A stretch of 64,000 nucleotides of DNA from Bacteroidales bacterium (GCA_017535325.1 JAFXUC010000133.1:33377-97376), one strand, 5' to 3'. Counted from the first letter of the stretch, positions 9,393-19,776 are shown. Numbers and translations are program-made. Notes: generated by a model from the letters alone, not told the origin.

Positions 9393-9485
9393 GTAATTTT
9401 TATTACTGCGGACGGATTTGATTTGATTGCAACCGCTTAAAAAAAGTGCTAAAACAATTACCATTCATTTTCAAACTTCCCCGCA
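9393..9485 (+). ncRNA. Candidate SAM-responsive leader element (unverified)
   Basis: GTAATT (9393-9398) can pair with AATTAC (9456-9461). This closes a core containing GCGGACGGA, GCAACC and GUGCUAAA blocks that resemble the S-box core GGUGGAGGGA / GCAACC / GGUGCYAA. UGCGGACGGA (9407-9416) can alternatively pair with UUCCCCGCA (9477-9485). Confidence 0.3.
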
Positions 9486-9528
9486 AAAAATATTATCGTT
9501 AAAAAACTTAATTAAAAAAGGTAAGATT

Positions 9529-10815
9529 ATGTCATATTTTTTTACTTCTGAATCGGTCTCGGAAGGACACCCTGATAAAGTGGCAGACCAGATTTCAGAC
9601 GCACTGCTTGATGAATTTTTGAAACAGGACATCGAATCAAAAGTGGCTTGTGAAACTTTTGTTACAACGGGTCTTGCAGTACTCGGAGGCGAGGTTAAAA
9701 CGCGCGGTTATGTTGACGTTCAGCAGGTAGCCCGCGATGTTATCAACAAAATCGGCTACACCAAAGGCGAATATATGTTTGACGGTAATTCTTGCGGCGT
9801 AATTTCTGCAATTCACGGTCAGAGTCAGGATATTAACAGAGGCGTGGAGCGCAAGGACGAAGAAAACCAGGGCGCAGGCGACCAGGGTATGATGTTCGGA
9901 TACGCAGTCCGCGAGTCAGAAAACTTTATGCCTTTCAGCATCGAACTTTCTCACGAACTGTTGAAGGAACTTGCTGAAATCCGCCGCGAGGGAAAGGTTA
10001 TGACATATCTGCGTCCCGACTCCAAATCTCAGGTTACGATAGAGTATTCCGACGACAACAAGCCGCTCGGAATCGACACAATCGTTATCAGCACGCAGCA
10101 CGACGAGTTTGTAAAACCCGCGGACAACACTCCTGAGGCTCAGGAAAAAGCCGACCGTCAAATGTTGGACACGATTACAAACGACGTTAAAAATATTCTT
10201 ATTCCCAGACTTAAAGAAAAACTTTCTCCCGTGGAGAAAAAACTTTTTGACAAGGAATTCAAACTTTTTGTAAACCCGACGGGAAAATTCGTCATCGGCG
10301 GACCCCACGGCGACACCGGTCTTACCGGAAGAAAAATCATCGTTGACACTTACGGCGGCAAAGGCGCACACGGCGGCGGAGCGTTTTCGGGAAAAGACCC
10401 CTCAAAAGTAGACCGTTCTGCGGCATACGCTACCCGTCATATCGCTAAAAACCTTGTTGCGGCGGGCATTTGCGACGAAGTTTTGGTTCAAGTGGCGTAT
10501 GCAATCGGCGTTGCAAAACCCGTGGGCATTTACGTCAACACTTACGGAACCAAAAAAGTCAAGGAGAGCGATTCTCAAATTGCCGAAAAAATCGCTAAGA
10601 TTTTCGACCTCAGACCCTCCGGTATCATAAAACGTCTGAAACTGAAAAATCCGGTCTTCCTGCCGACCGCCTCTTACGGACATTTCGGCAGAAAACCCTA
10701 TACACAGACCGTAGAAGTGCAGGAAAACGGCAAAACCGTCAAAAAAGATGTCGAATTTTTCACTTGGGAAAAACTCGACTACGTGGAAACACTGAAAAAA
10801 GAGTTCGGTATTTAA
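9529..10815 (+). CDS. metK: S-adenosylmethionine synthetase
   Basis: [30 protein letters not shown] and GGGAFSGKD motifs. The ATG at 9529 is preferred over the TTG at 9427. Confidence 0.95.
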   Translation: MSYFFTSESVSEGHPDKVADQISDALLDEFLKQDIESKVACETFVTTGLAVLGGEVKTRGYVDVQQVARDVINKIGYTKGEYMFDGNSCGVISAIHGQSQDINRGVERKDEENQGAGDQGMMFGYAVRESENFMPFSIELSHELLKELAEIRREGKVMTYLRPDSKSQVTIEYSDDNKPLGIDTIVISTQHDEFVKPADNTPEAQEKADRQMLDTITNDVKNILIPRLKEKLSPVEKKLFDKEFKLFVNPTGKFVIGGPHGDTGLTGRKIIVDTYGGKGAHGGGAFSGKDPSKVDRSAAYATRHIAKNLVAAGICDEVLVQVAYAIGVAKPVGIYVNTYGTKKVKESDSQIAEKIAKIFDLRPSGIIKRLKLKNPVFLPTASYGHFGRKPYTQTVEVQENGKTVKKDVEFFTWEKLDYVETLKKEFGI

Positions 10816-10830
10816 TTTTTTTTCTTACGG

Positions 10831-10860
10831 CAGGGACGTATTTTTGTACGTCCCTGTTTT
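10831..10860 (+). terminator. Rho-independent terminator of metK
   Basis: CAGGGACGTA-tttttg-TACGTCCCTG followed by TTTT. Confidence 0.8.
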
Positions 10861-10906
10861 AAATAATTTAACGGAATAATAAAGTTGTTGATTTCAAATT
10901 TTTTAA

Positions 10907-10914
10907 TACTTTTG
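10907..10914 (+). promoter_or_regulatory. -7 box TACTTTTG
   Basis: TAnnTTTG, 32 nt upstream of the ATG at 10947. Confidence 0.45.
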
Positions 10915-10946
10915 TAGCGAAAATTTTAACCCATGCTAAAATTTAA

Positions 10947-12620
10947 ATGGACACTTTAATAAATGCACTTTCACTTCTCGGTTCGCTCGGAATGTTTCTC
11001 TACGGAATGAAAGTTATGAGCGACGGTCTTGAAAAATTTGCAGGCGAAGGTCTGCGTGCGGTTCTTTCAGCAATGACCAAAAACCGCGTTATGGGCGTTT
11101 TTACCGGTATTTTGATAACAGCACTCATTCAGTCGAGTTCGGCGACTACGGTTATGGTAGTAAGTTTTGTAAACGCCGGACTTATGACCTTGAAACAGTC
11201 AATCGGCGTGATAATGGGCGCAAACATCGGAACAACCGTTACGGCGTGGATAATTTCAGCGGTCGGGTTCAAGATTGACATTGCCGCCTTTGCAATTCCG
11301 CTTTTAGCATTGGGACTCGTATTTGTTTTTTCAAAAAATTCTAAACGCAAAAGCCTCGGCGAATTTATTTTCGGTTTTTCTTTCCTTTTTATGGGGCTGA
11401 AATTTTTACAGGACGCTGCGACAAAATTGGACATAGGAACCTTGGTTGCCAATATGCTGGCAGGCATCGCTGACGAAAGTTACCTGATAATTCTGCTTTT
11501 TGTCTTTATCGGAATGCTTGTAACGTGTTTGGTTCAGGCGTCGGCTGCGACAATGGCTATAACGCTTATGCTTTTTGACATGCACATTCCGGGGTTCGGC
11601 TTTGAGCAGGCGGCGGCTTTGGCAATGGGTCAGAACATCGGAACCACCGTAACGGCTTATATTGCGGCTATGACGGCAAACGTTCCGGCAAGAAGGGCGG
11701 CTTTGGCGCACATGTTTTTCAACGTTTTCGGCGTGGTGCTGGTTTTGATAATTTTTTATCCGTTCTGCAATTTTATAACTTGGTTTACCTCAGATGTTTT
11801 GCATGCAGGAGCCAACGATTTGTTCCGGCTTTCGATGTTCCATACGGCTTTCAACGTTTTCAACACGCTGTTGTTAATCGGTTTTGTTGACCAGATAGAG
11901 CAATTTGTCTGCAAACTTCTTCCCAACAAAACAGAGCAGGACGAGGAATACAGACTTAAATATATTTCGGGCGGATTTATTTCCACCTCGGAAATCGGTC
12001 TTTTGGAGGCGAGAAAAGAAATCGAGAATTTCGCCGAAAGATGCAACAAGATGTTCTCTTTTGTAAAAGAAATTTTGGAAACAAAAGACCCGCAGAAATT
12101 CGACGATTTGTACAAGCGTATAATCAAATACGAGGGCATTACCGACAATATGGAAATCGAAATCGGCAAGTACCTCGCAAGCATCAACGGCGGCAAACTT
12201 ACCGACGAGTCAAAACTGAGAATCCAAAAAATGCTCAAAATGATTACCGAACTCGAAAGCATCGGTGATGCGTGCTTCAACATCGGACGGACGATACAGC
12301 ACAAGCGCGAAAAAGTCGGCGTGGATTTTACGCCGTCTCAAAACAAGTCCATAAAAGAGATGTTTGCTCTCGTTCAGAAGGCTCTCGACCACATGGTTTT
12401 GCAGACCGGCAGAGGCGAAAACGAAAAAGCCGACATCGAAACAACCATGGCAAACGAAAAAGCCATCAACGAGTTTAGAAGTCTCAAACGCAACGAAAAC
12501 ACCCAGGACCTAACCGACGGAAAATACGGTTACGCTCTCGGCTCGCATTATATGAATGTCATCTCCGAATGTGAAAAACTCGGCGATTATATTATAAATG
12601 TCGTTCAGGCAAGTGAATAA
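10947..12620 (+). CDS. Na+/phosphate cotransporter family protein with PhoU-like C-terminal domain
   Basis: 557 aa with duplicated Na_Pi_cotrans segments (GANIGTTVTAW / GQNIGTTVTAY) and a helical C-terminal PhoU-like region. Confidence 0.85.
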   Translation: MDTLINALSLLGSLGMFLYGMKVMSDGLEKFAGEGLRAVLSAMTKNRVMGVFTGILITALIQSSSATTVMVVSFVNAGLMTLKQSIGVIMGANIGTTVTAWIISAVGFKIDIAAFAIPLLALGLVFVFSKNSKRKSLGEFIFGFSFLFMGLKFLQDAATKLDIGTLVANMLAGIADESYLIILLFVFIGMLVTCLVQASAATMAITLMLFDMHIPGFGFEQAAALAMGQNIGTTVTAYIAAMTANVPARRAALAHMFFNVFGVVLVLIIFYPFCNFITWFTSDVLHAGANDLFRLSMFHTAFNVFNTLLLIGFVDQIEQFVCKLLPNKTEQDEEYRLKYISGGFISTSEIGLLEARKEIENFAERCNKMFSFVKEILETKDPQKFDDLYKRIIKYEGITDNMEIEIGKYLASINGGKLTDESKLRIQKMLKMITELESIGDACFNIGRTIQHKREKVGVDFTPSQNKSIKEMFALVQKALDHMVLQTGRGENEKADIETTMANEKAINEFRSLKRNENTQDLTDGKYGYALGSHYMNVISECEKLGDYIINVVQASE

Positions 12621-12633
12621 TTGTTGATGTTTT

Positions 12634-15054
12634 ATGTATCCGATTGAAGATATTTTTGAAGATTTTTTTAAAGAATATTCTAAAAATCAGACGGTTATCC
12701 TTACTGCGCCGACGGGGACGGGAAAAAGTACTGTTTTGCCGTTGGAGATTTTGAGGCGTTATCCTGAGCAAGGAAAAATCATAATGCTTGAACCTCGCAG
12801 ACTTGCCGCAAGAGCCGTCGCTGACAGAATGTCAGATCTCTTGAACGAAAAAACAGGCGGCACTGTCGGTTATTCAATCCGTTTTGAAACCTGCAAGTCA
12901 GCCAAAACACGCCTTGAAGTCGTAACAGAAGGCATTCTTACTCGTATGCTTTTGTCAGACAACGAGTTAAAAGACGTCTCAACGATTATTTTCGACGAAT
13001 TTCACGAGCGCAGTCTTAACGCTGACCTGGCTCTGGCTCTTATCAGAGAATGTCAGGCGGTTTTGCGTCCTGATTTGAAAATTATAGTTATGTCCGCAAC
13101 TATTGACACGGATAAACTCTCCGCACTTCTTTCCGCGCCTGTTGTCAGGGCAACCGCCAAAAGTTTTGACGTAAAAGTGTTTTACGAGGGCTGCTGCGAC
13201 GAGTTTTCTGCACCGCAACAAGTTGCAAATACTATTTTAAAAGCCTTAGAAAAGCACAAGGAAGGCGATATTTTGGCATTTCTCCCCGGTGAAGGTGAGA
13301 TAAAAAAATGCGAAGAATTTTTAAGAAAGTCTGTTGACAAGGTTTTGATAAAGCCGCTTTACGGAATGTTGCCGCAAAAACTTCAACGAGAGGCAATTTT
13401 GCCGGATTCTTCGGGCAGACGGCGTGTTGTTTTGGCAACCTCCATTGCTGAAACTTCACTTACGATAGAAGGCGTTAAAATCGTAGTAGACAGCGGGTTG
13501 ACAAAAGTTCAAGAATATAATTCAGACCGTGCTTTGTCGGGACTGAGGACAGTAAGAATTTCGTTTGATATGGCAGAGCAGCGCAAAGGCCGCGCGGGCA
13601 GAATTTCTAACGGATTTTGTTACCGTTTATGGGATTTGACCGCCGAAAGCCGAATGTCGCAAAACCGCCGACCCGAAATCGAATACGCGGATTTAACGCC
13701 GCTGATGTTGGATTTAGCAAAGTGGGGCGAGGCTAATCCCGAAAATCTCACGTGGCTTACTCCGCCGGACAAAACTAACGTCCGCCTTGCAAAAGAACTT
13801 TTGAAAAATCTTGATGCCGTAGACGACAATTTTTTGATTACGCCTTTGGGCAACGAACTTTCAAAAATTCCAACGCACCCAAGAATCGCAAAAATGCTGT
13901 TGAAGGCTAAAAAAATGTCACTTCTACCGCTTGCCGCCGATATTGCCGCAATTCTCGACAACAGAGACCCTCTCACAAGCGAATATGGTACGGATATTAA
14001 TCTTCGCATAGAAAAACTTCGTCAAAACCGAAAAGAAAGTCGTCATAACAAAAACCTTGACAGACTGGAACTTTATGCCTGTCAATTAAGGAAAATATTT
14101 AATGTTAAGGAAGACAATGACGGCTTTGACTGCTACGATACGGGATTTTTGTTGGCGCAGGCTTTTCCTGAGAGAATCGCCTCGGCAAAACTGGGTAACA
14201 ATGCGCAGTTTATGCTCTCTAACGGCACAATAGCGCAGACTTTCCGCGAAGATACTTTGGCGGGCGAAAACTGGCTCACCGTCGCAAGTCTCAACACCAA
14301 AGAAAACGGAATTGCAAAAATTTTTCTTGCCTCGCCGCTTGACCCGTCAATGCTGAGGGATATGGTTACGGAAAAAATTCTGACCGTCTGGAATACAAAA
14401 AAAGGCGGACTTGTCTCGACAAGGCAATTAAAACTTTTCAACATAATTTTGCAGGAAACACCCGTCAAGCCCGATAATGGGGAAGCCGAAAAAATAGTTA
14501 TTGAGGCAGTGAAAAAAGAAGGCGAAACGCTTTTAGATTTCAACGACGAAGTTTTTAACTTTTTAAACAGAATTTTATCGCTAAGAATTTGGGGCGAAAC
14601 GGATTTTCCGGACGTTTCAAGTAAAACTTTAATTGAAACCGCTGAAAGTTGGCTGTTACCGTATATTAATGGAGTTACAACTGTCGAAAAACTAAAAAAG
14701 ACAGACATAATTCAAGCCGTAAAATACAGTCTTTTGACTTCGGAGCAGTTAACACGTTTGGAAAAATTTGCACCGGAAGTTTTAACCGTTCCGACCGGGC
14801 ACAAAATAAAATTAAAATATTTTGACGACGGCAAGCAGCCGGTTTTGTCTGTCAGGTTGCAGGAAGTTTTTCAGTGGCAGGAGACACCGAGAGTCTGCGG
14901 CGGCAAAGTCCCTGTCTTAATGCAACTTCTCTCGCCCGGTTTTAAACCCGTTCAACTTACCTCTGACTTAAAATCCTTTTGGCAAAACGCTTACAAAGAG
15001 GTCAGAAAAGAATTAAAACGCCGTTATCCGAAACATCAATGGCCGGAGATTTAA
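12634..15054 (+). CDS. hrpB: ATP-dependent RNA helicase HrpB (DEAH-box)
   Basis: 806 aa. APTGTGKST, DEFHER, SATID and the conserved HrpB C-terminal domain. Confidence 0.9.
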   Translation: MYPIEDIFEDFFKEYSKNQTVILTAPTGTGKSTVLPLEILRRYPEQGKIIMLEPRRLAARAVADRMSDLLNEKTGGTVGYSIRFETCKSAKTRLEVVTEGILTRMLLSDNELKDVSTIIFDEFHERSLNADLALALIRECQAVLRPDLKIIVMSATIDTDKLSALLSAPVVRATAKSFDVKVFYEGCCDEFSAPQQVANTILKALEKHKEGDILAFLPGEGEIKKCEEFLRKSVDKVLIKPLYGMLPQKLQREAILPDSSGRRRVVLATSIAETSLTIEGVKIVVDSGLTKVQEYNSDRALSGLRTVRISFDMAEQRKGRAGRISNGFCYRLWDLTAESRMSQNRRPEIEYADLTPLMLDLAKWGEANPENLTWLTPPDKTNVRLAKELLKNLDAVDDNFLITPLGNELSKIPTHPRIAKMLLKAKKMSLLPLAADIAAILDNRDPLTSEYGTDINLRIEKLRQNRKESRHNKNLDRLELYACQLRKIFNVKEDNDGFDCYDTGFLLAQAFPERIASAKLGNNAQFMLSNGTIAQTFREDTLAGENWLTVASLNTKENGIAKIFLASPLDPSMLRDMVTEKILTVWNTKKGGLVSTRQLKLFNIILQETPVKPDNGEAEKIVIEAVKKEGETLLDFNDEVFNFLNRILSLRIWGETDFPDVSSKTLIETAESWLLPYINGVTTVEKLKKTDIIQAVKYSLLTSEQLTRLEKFAPEVLTVPTGHKIKLKYFDDGKQPVLSVRLQEVFQWQETPRVCGGKVPVLMQLLSPGFKPVQLTSDLKSFWQNAYKEVRKELKRRYPKHQWPEI

Positions 15055-15092
15055 GAAAATAAAATAAATTTGTATAATTGAAAACAAAACGC

Positions 15093-15100
15093 TAACTTTG
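15093..15100 (+). promoter_or_regulatory. -7 box TAACTTTG
   Basis: TAnnTTTG, 27 nt upstream of the ATG at 15128. Confidence 0.4.
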
Positions 15101-15127
15101 TAACAAACTATTAAAGGAGAAGCAACT

Positions 15128-16684
15128 ATGAGCCAGTTTATAGATTACGGAAATATTGATTTTGAGGGCACTACGAAAAGCAACTTTGTTGATAAATCGG
15201 GGCTTATTGAATTTCTCAATAGTGCTATTGATACACGTAACCGATTTATCTGCGTGTCCCGTCCGCGCCGTTTCGGCAAGTCGGTGGCAGCACAGATGGC
15301 TTACGCTTACTACGACCGTTCGTGTAACTCCTCAAAACTTTTCGAGGGACTTGAAATAACTATGAGTCCCGACTATCAAACACACCTCAACAAGTATCCT
15401 ACAATCTTTATTGACTGGAACAGATTTGCCAATATTCCTAAAAACGAAATATTAAAAGTTGCTCAAAAACATTTTGTCAAGGATTTAAAAGAATCGTATC
15501 CTTTTTTGGAAGAACAAGATAATTTTAGCGATGCACTTGTAGAAATCAATCAAAAAACCGGCGACCGGTTTATCCTTATAATTGATGAATGGGATATGCT
15601 TGTGCGTGATGTCGAGCAAGACGTTCAAGATGAGTATGTCAATTTCTTACGTGTAATGTTCAAATCAAACAACGCCAACAAGTTGTTTCTCTTAGTGTAT
15701 ATGACCGGTATATTGCCCATCATAAAAATAAAAACACAATCGGCGTTGAACAATTTTGTGGAGTTTAGTATCGTAAATCCGGGCAACACCGCTAAGTATT
15801 ACGGTTTTACCGAACAAGAGGTTGCCGCCCTCTGCAAAGACAGCGATATGGATTTTGCTCTTATGAAGCACGCCTACGACGGCTACATCATAGGCCGCGA
15901 AAAATCTATGTTTAATCCCAATTCGGTGATGCAGTCAATTTTGTTTCGCAACTACGACAGTTATTGGTCAAAAACTGCATCGTTTATGGCTATTGAAACC
16001 TACCTGCACATAGATGCCGACAACGTTAGGTCAAAAATAATTGAAATGATGAATGGAGAATCTATTTCTGTGAGAGTATCAAGTTTTCGCAACGATATGA
16101 AAAATATTAACACGTGCGATGACGTGCTTACCCTCCTCGTTCATCTCGGATACTTATCGTACAATCCTGCTACACAGTGTGTTAGTGTTCCAAATACTGA
16201 AGTTTCCGAGGAGTTTGAAAACGCTGTCAGTGTGGCGGGATGGGGCGAATTATCAAAGGCTGTTAATTCTTCTCTTTCCCTTTTAAACGATACCATCAAC
16301 CTCAAAAAGGATAAAATTGCCCGTGCTTTTGATGATTATCATTTTGAGGCATCATCAATTTTGGAGTTTAACGATGAAAATTCCATGCGTTGTGCCATAA
16401 TTTTGGCATATTACGCTGCCAAACCGTTTTACAATATATTTCACGAACTACCCACGGGCAAAGGTTTTGCTGATATTGTATTTATACCCTTGCCAAACTC
16501 TCAACGCCCTGCAATCGTGGTGGAACTAAAATACGACCAAACCGCCGACACAGCCATCAGTCAAATCAAACGCAAAAACTATCCTGCAAGTTTGAAGGGT
16601 TTTTCAAAACAAATTATCCTTTGCGGTATCAACTATAATAAGTCAACATCAAAACACGAGGTGAAGATGGAAGTGATTGAGTAA
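15128..16684 (+). CDS. Orphan AAA-ATPase-like protein with C-terminal PD-(D/E)XK nuclease-like domain (DUF1703-type)
   Basis: N-terminus FVDKSGLIEFLNS...FICVSRPRRFGKS is typical of the Bacteroidales predicted AAA-ATPase family. The C-terminal GKGFADIVF...VVELKYD is PDDEXK-like. A GGAGA Shine-Dalgarno-like sequence lies 9 nt upstream. Confidence 0.8.
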   Translation: MSQFIDYGNIDFEGTTKSNFVDKSGLIEFLNSAIDTRNRFICVSRPRRFGKSVAAQMAYAYYDRSCNSSKLFEGLEITMSPDYQTHLNKYPTIFIDWNRFANIPKNEILKVAQKHFVKDLKESYPFLEEQDNFSDALVEINQKTGDRFILIIDEWDMLVRDVEQDVQDEYVNFLRVMFKSNNANKLFLLVYMTGILPIIKIKTQSALNNFVEFSIVNPGNTAKYYGFTEQEVAALCKDSDMDFALMKHAYDGYIIGREKSMFNPNSVMQSILFRNYDSYWSKTASFMAIETYLHIDADNVRSKIIEMMNGESISVRVSSFRNDMKNINTCDDVLTLLVHLGYLSYNPATQCVSVPNTEVSEEFENAVSVAGWGELSKAVNSSLSLLNDTINLKKDKIARAFDDYHFEASSILEFNDENSMRCAIILAYYAAKPFYNIFHELPTGKGFADIVFIPLPNSQRPAIVVELKYDQTADTAISQIKRKNYPASLKGFSKQIILCGINYNKSTSKHEVKMEVIE

Positions 16685-16750
16685 CAAAAATAAAAATGAC
16701 AAATTACGGACATTGAAGAATAAATATTTTTTGTTTATAAAAAAAATATA

Positions 16751-16758
16751 TAATTTTG
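16751..16758 (+). promoter_or_regulatory. -7 box TAATTTTG only 4 nt from the ATG (possible leaderless transcript)
   Basis: TAnnTTTG ends at 16758 and the ATG is at 16763. Confidence 0.35.
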
Positions 16759-16762
16759 CGGC

Positions 16763-17077
16763 ATGAAAACTTTGCAAAAATATCGTAACGTGTTGGCTTT
16801 GGGATTGATTTTAATCCTATTGCCTGTTTTTGCCGTAAAAAGTTTTCATTTCCATTCGGAAAAAGAGCATATTCATGTAGAAAAAAATTCTGCCGAAAGC
16901 GTTGACGGAGTTTGTAAAATCTGCGATTTTGTTTTTGCTCCGTTTGAAGAAAATGACAATTCAGTTGAAATTGTTTTAAATCATTCGTTTGTAATTTATC
17001 AGGCGGTTATTGTATTAAAACCTATTTTTGATGAGGTTTTCGTAAATTCTCTGCGTGCGCCGCCTGCCTTTAAATAA
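16763..17077 (+). CDS. Small membrane-anchored His/Cys-containing protein, unknown function
   Basis: 104 aa with one N-terminal TM helix, then FHFHSEKEHIHVEK and CKICD. It sits directly upstream of a TonB-dependent receptor. Confidence 0.5.
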   Translation: MKTLQKYRNVLALGLILILLPVFAVKSFHFHSEKEHIHVEKNSAESVDGVCKICDFVFAPFEENDNSVEIVLNHSFVIYQAVIVLKPIFDEVFVNSLRAPPAFK

Positions 17078-17127
17078 CATTTCATAACATTCTTTCTTTT
17101 AACAATTTATCTGTTTTATAAAAATTG

Positions 17128-19263
17128 ATGAAAAGCATATTTTTATTTGCTTTTTTGTCGGTTTGTTGTGCGGTTGCCCATGCTCAGGAAGATAGCATTT
17201 GGGGAATCGTGAAAAACGGTGTGGATATTGACGAAATCACCGTTAAAGCCGATAAAAGCAATAACGAAGTGCAAATGACTCTGCCTCAAAATGTTGTAAA
17301 ATTAGACAAGAAATTTATTGACAACAATTTTGCGGGAAGTCTTATGCAGAGTTTAAGTCTTATTCCGGGCGTTCAGGCGATGACGGTCGGCTCTAATCAT
17401 TCCAAACCCGTAATCCGCGGCTTGGGATTCAACCGTCTTGCCGTTATCGAAAACGGCATCAAGCATCAGAGGCAGCAGTGGGGACACGAACATGGCTTGG
17501 AGGTCTCGCAATTTTCGCTTGACGAGGTCGAAATCATAAAAGGCCCCGCTGCAATGGTCTACGGCTCTGACGCTTTGGGCGGTGTTATCAGTCTGAAAGA
17601 CAACTCTTTGCCGCAAAACGCAAGAAAAAGCGGTGTGCTGTTTTTCTTTCGGAGCAACAACTCTTCATTAGGACTGTCTACTAATACGGAAGGTGTTAAA
17701 GGAAAATTTTTCTACAAGTTTAATTTTACTGCCGAAAAATATTCCGACTACAAAGTCCCCGTTGACAGCATTCAATATTACTCATATTACATAAAATTGA
17801 AAGAACACCGCCTTAGAAATACGGCGGGAAATAACGGAGATGCGTCTTTAACATTCGGATTTAGCGGCATAAAATTTAAAAGTTCGCTCAGTGTTTCGGA
17901 CGTTTATGACAGAAGCGGTTTTTTTGCAAACGCTCACGGAATTGAAATACGCCTTTCAAAAATCGATTTTGACAAGAGTTTTTCTGACATTGATTATCCG
18001 TTTAGTACGGCAAATCATTTTATGGCGGTTTGCAACAACTCCTTGAAAATCGGCCGCAGCACTCTGAAAATGGATTTTGCGTTTCAAAACAACCGCAGGG
18101 AAGAGTTTTCAGAGCCGGTTTCGCACGGTTATATGCCAAAGCCTGACGGTTTTTTGGAAAGAAGTTTTTACAAAAACACGTATTCTCTCAACGCGGCTTA
18201 CAAGTTTATGTTAGGTCAACATAGTCTGCAAGCAGGCTTTAACAGCGAATTTCAAAAAAACAAAAGCGGCGGCTGGGGCTACGTTTTGCCGGGTTTTGAA
18301 ACGGTTTCCAACGGTATTTATTTTTGTGACAAGTTGCATATTTCCAATGGACTTATTCTCAGCGCGGGACTAAGGACGGATTTTTCGTCAGTGAAAATTT
18401 TTGAATACAAAGACTGGTACAAAACACCTTTACAAAACGGCGATTCGGCTTTTGTAACAAGGTCTGAGGATTGTCTGAAAAAGTTCAGCAGTATTGTTTT
18501 TTCTTTCGGGCTTAACTATGAAACGGGAAATTGGGTCTTAAAGGGCAATTTCGGAAAAAGTTTCCGTATGCCGCTTGCTTTGGAACTCGGCTCTGACGGG
18601 GTTAATTATCAGATTTTCAGATATGAACGCGGTAACAATGATTTAGAGCCGGAGGTTTCTTATCAGGCGGATTTCGGGGTTAACTTTCAGAAAAAACAAT
18701 TCAAGTTTTATCTGACGCCCTTTCTGAATTATTTTCCGAACTACATTTATCTGAGTCCGGGATTTAATTATGTTGAAGGTTTGCAACTGTACGAATATAC
18801 TCAAAATCAAGTGTTTAGATTTGGCGGCGAGTTTCAGGCGGATTATGCTTTAAGTCGTAAAGCAGAATTTTCTTTGGGTGGCGAATATCTTTTTGCGCGG
18901 CAACTTTCCGGTTCTAAAAAAGGTTACGGATTGCCTTTTGCCGAGCCGTGGAGTGTTTTTGTCAGCGCGAAATATTTTGTTCCGCAAAAAAGAAAACGAA
19001 ATGAATGTTATGTCTCTGTTACACAAAAATATACGGGTTCACAAAAAGACATCGTGCCGCCCGAAAAGCCTACTGACGGATATTTTTTAACTTCTATGTC
19101 ATTAGGCAAAAAAATCATCCGCAAAAAAACGGAGTTTAGTGCAGATTTGTGCATTGATAACCTTTTTAATGCGGTCTATTACAATCATACGAGTTATTAC
19201 CGTTTGATTGACGTTCCGGAAGCGGGACGAAATTTTTCAATAAAAATAGGATTTATATTTTAA
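17128..19263 (+). CDS. TonB-dependent outer-membrane receptor
   Basis: Signal peptide, plug-domain motifs (IEIIKGPAAMVYGSDALGGVI), and a C-terminal beta-barrel ending in F. The ATG at 17128 is preferred over the TTG at 17125. Confidence 0.9.
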   Translation: MKSIFLFAFLSVCCAVAHAQEDSIWGIVKNGVDIDEITVKADKSNNEVQMTLPQNVVKLDKKFIDNNFAGSLMQSLSLIPGVQAMTVGSNHSKPVIRGLGFNRLAVIENGIKHQRQQWGHEHGLEVSQFSLDEVEIIKGPAAMVYGSDALGGVISLKDNSLPQNARKSGVLFFFRSNNSSLGLSTNTEGVKGKFFYKFNFTAEKYSDYKVPVDSIQYYSYYIKLKEHRLRNTAGNNGDASLTFGFSGIKFKSSLSVSDVYDRSGFFANAHGIEIRLSKIDFDKSFSDIDYPFSTANHFMAVCNNSLKIGRSTLKMDFAFQNNRREEFSEPVSHGYMPKPDGFLERSFYKNTYSLNAAYKFMLGQHSLQAGFNSEFQKNKSGGWGYVLPGFETVSNGIYFCDKLHISNGLILSAGLRTDFSSVKIFEYKDWYKTPLQNGDSAFVTRSEDCLKKFSSIVFSFGLNYETGNWVLKGNFGKSFRMPLALELGSDGVNYQIFRYERGNNDLEPEVSYQADFGVNFQKKQFKFYLTPFLNYFPNYIYLSPGFNYVEGLQLYEYTQNQVFRFGGEFQADYALSRKAEFSLGGEYLFARQLSGSKKGYGLPFAEPWSVFVSAKYFVPQKRKRNECYVSVTQKYTGSQKDIVPPEKPTDGYFLTSMSLGKKIIRKKTEFSADLCIDNLFNAVYYNHTSYYRLIDVPEAGRNFSIKIGFIF

Positions 19264-19284
19264 ATTTTTAAATAACTAAAAAAA

Positions 19285-19776
19285 ATGATTAAAAAAATTT
19301 TTACAGTTTGTGCTGCCGTACTTGTTCTTTGCGGCGCAATGTCCTGCAACAAGGACGAAGAGGATACCGAAAAGCCGACGTTTGACAACACGGACGCAAC
19401 CCCCGTTGAAGGCGGAAAATACCTTCCGGGCGGCAAAATAATTGTTCACCAAACTTTTAGTGACAATGAGGAACTCGGCAGTTTCAACATCGAGATTCAT
19501 AACAATTTCGACCATCACAGCCACAGTACGGAGACTGCAAAAAGCATTTCCAAACACGAAGACCATGATCATGACCACGAACACGGAGACGTAGAAAACG
19601 CTTGGGTTTTTAATCAGGATTACGAAATTCCCGCAGGAAAAAAGGTCTACACGGCGGATTTGACAATCGACATTCCTGAAACCATTGCCGAGGGCGATTA
19701 TCATTTTATGATTCGCGTTACCGACAAAGCCGGTTGGCAGGAAATCAAGGCGGTGAGCCTTGAAATCGAGGATTAG
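19285..19776 (+). CDS. His-rich lipoprotein (DUF4625-like), probable metal-binding accessory of the receptor
   Basis: Lipoprotein-type signal (..LCGAMSC) and the His cluster HNNFDHHSHS...HEDHDHDHEHGD. Confidence 0.6.
   Translation: MIKKIFTVCAAVLVLCGAMSCNKDEEDTEKPTFDNTDATPVEGGKYLPGGKIIVHQTFSDNEELGSFNIEIHNNFDHHSHSTETAKSISKHEDHDHDHEHGDVENAWVFNQDYEIPAGKKVYTADLTIDIPETIAEGDYHFMIRVTDKAGWQEIKAVSLEIED

Noticed and set aside
9427-9528. A TTG-initiated 34-codon extension of metK.
   Set aside because: MetK family proteins begin at the [10 protein letters not shown]... position. The extension covers the putative structured leader.
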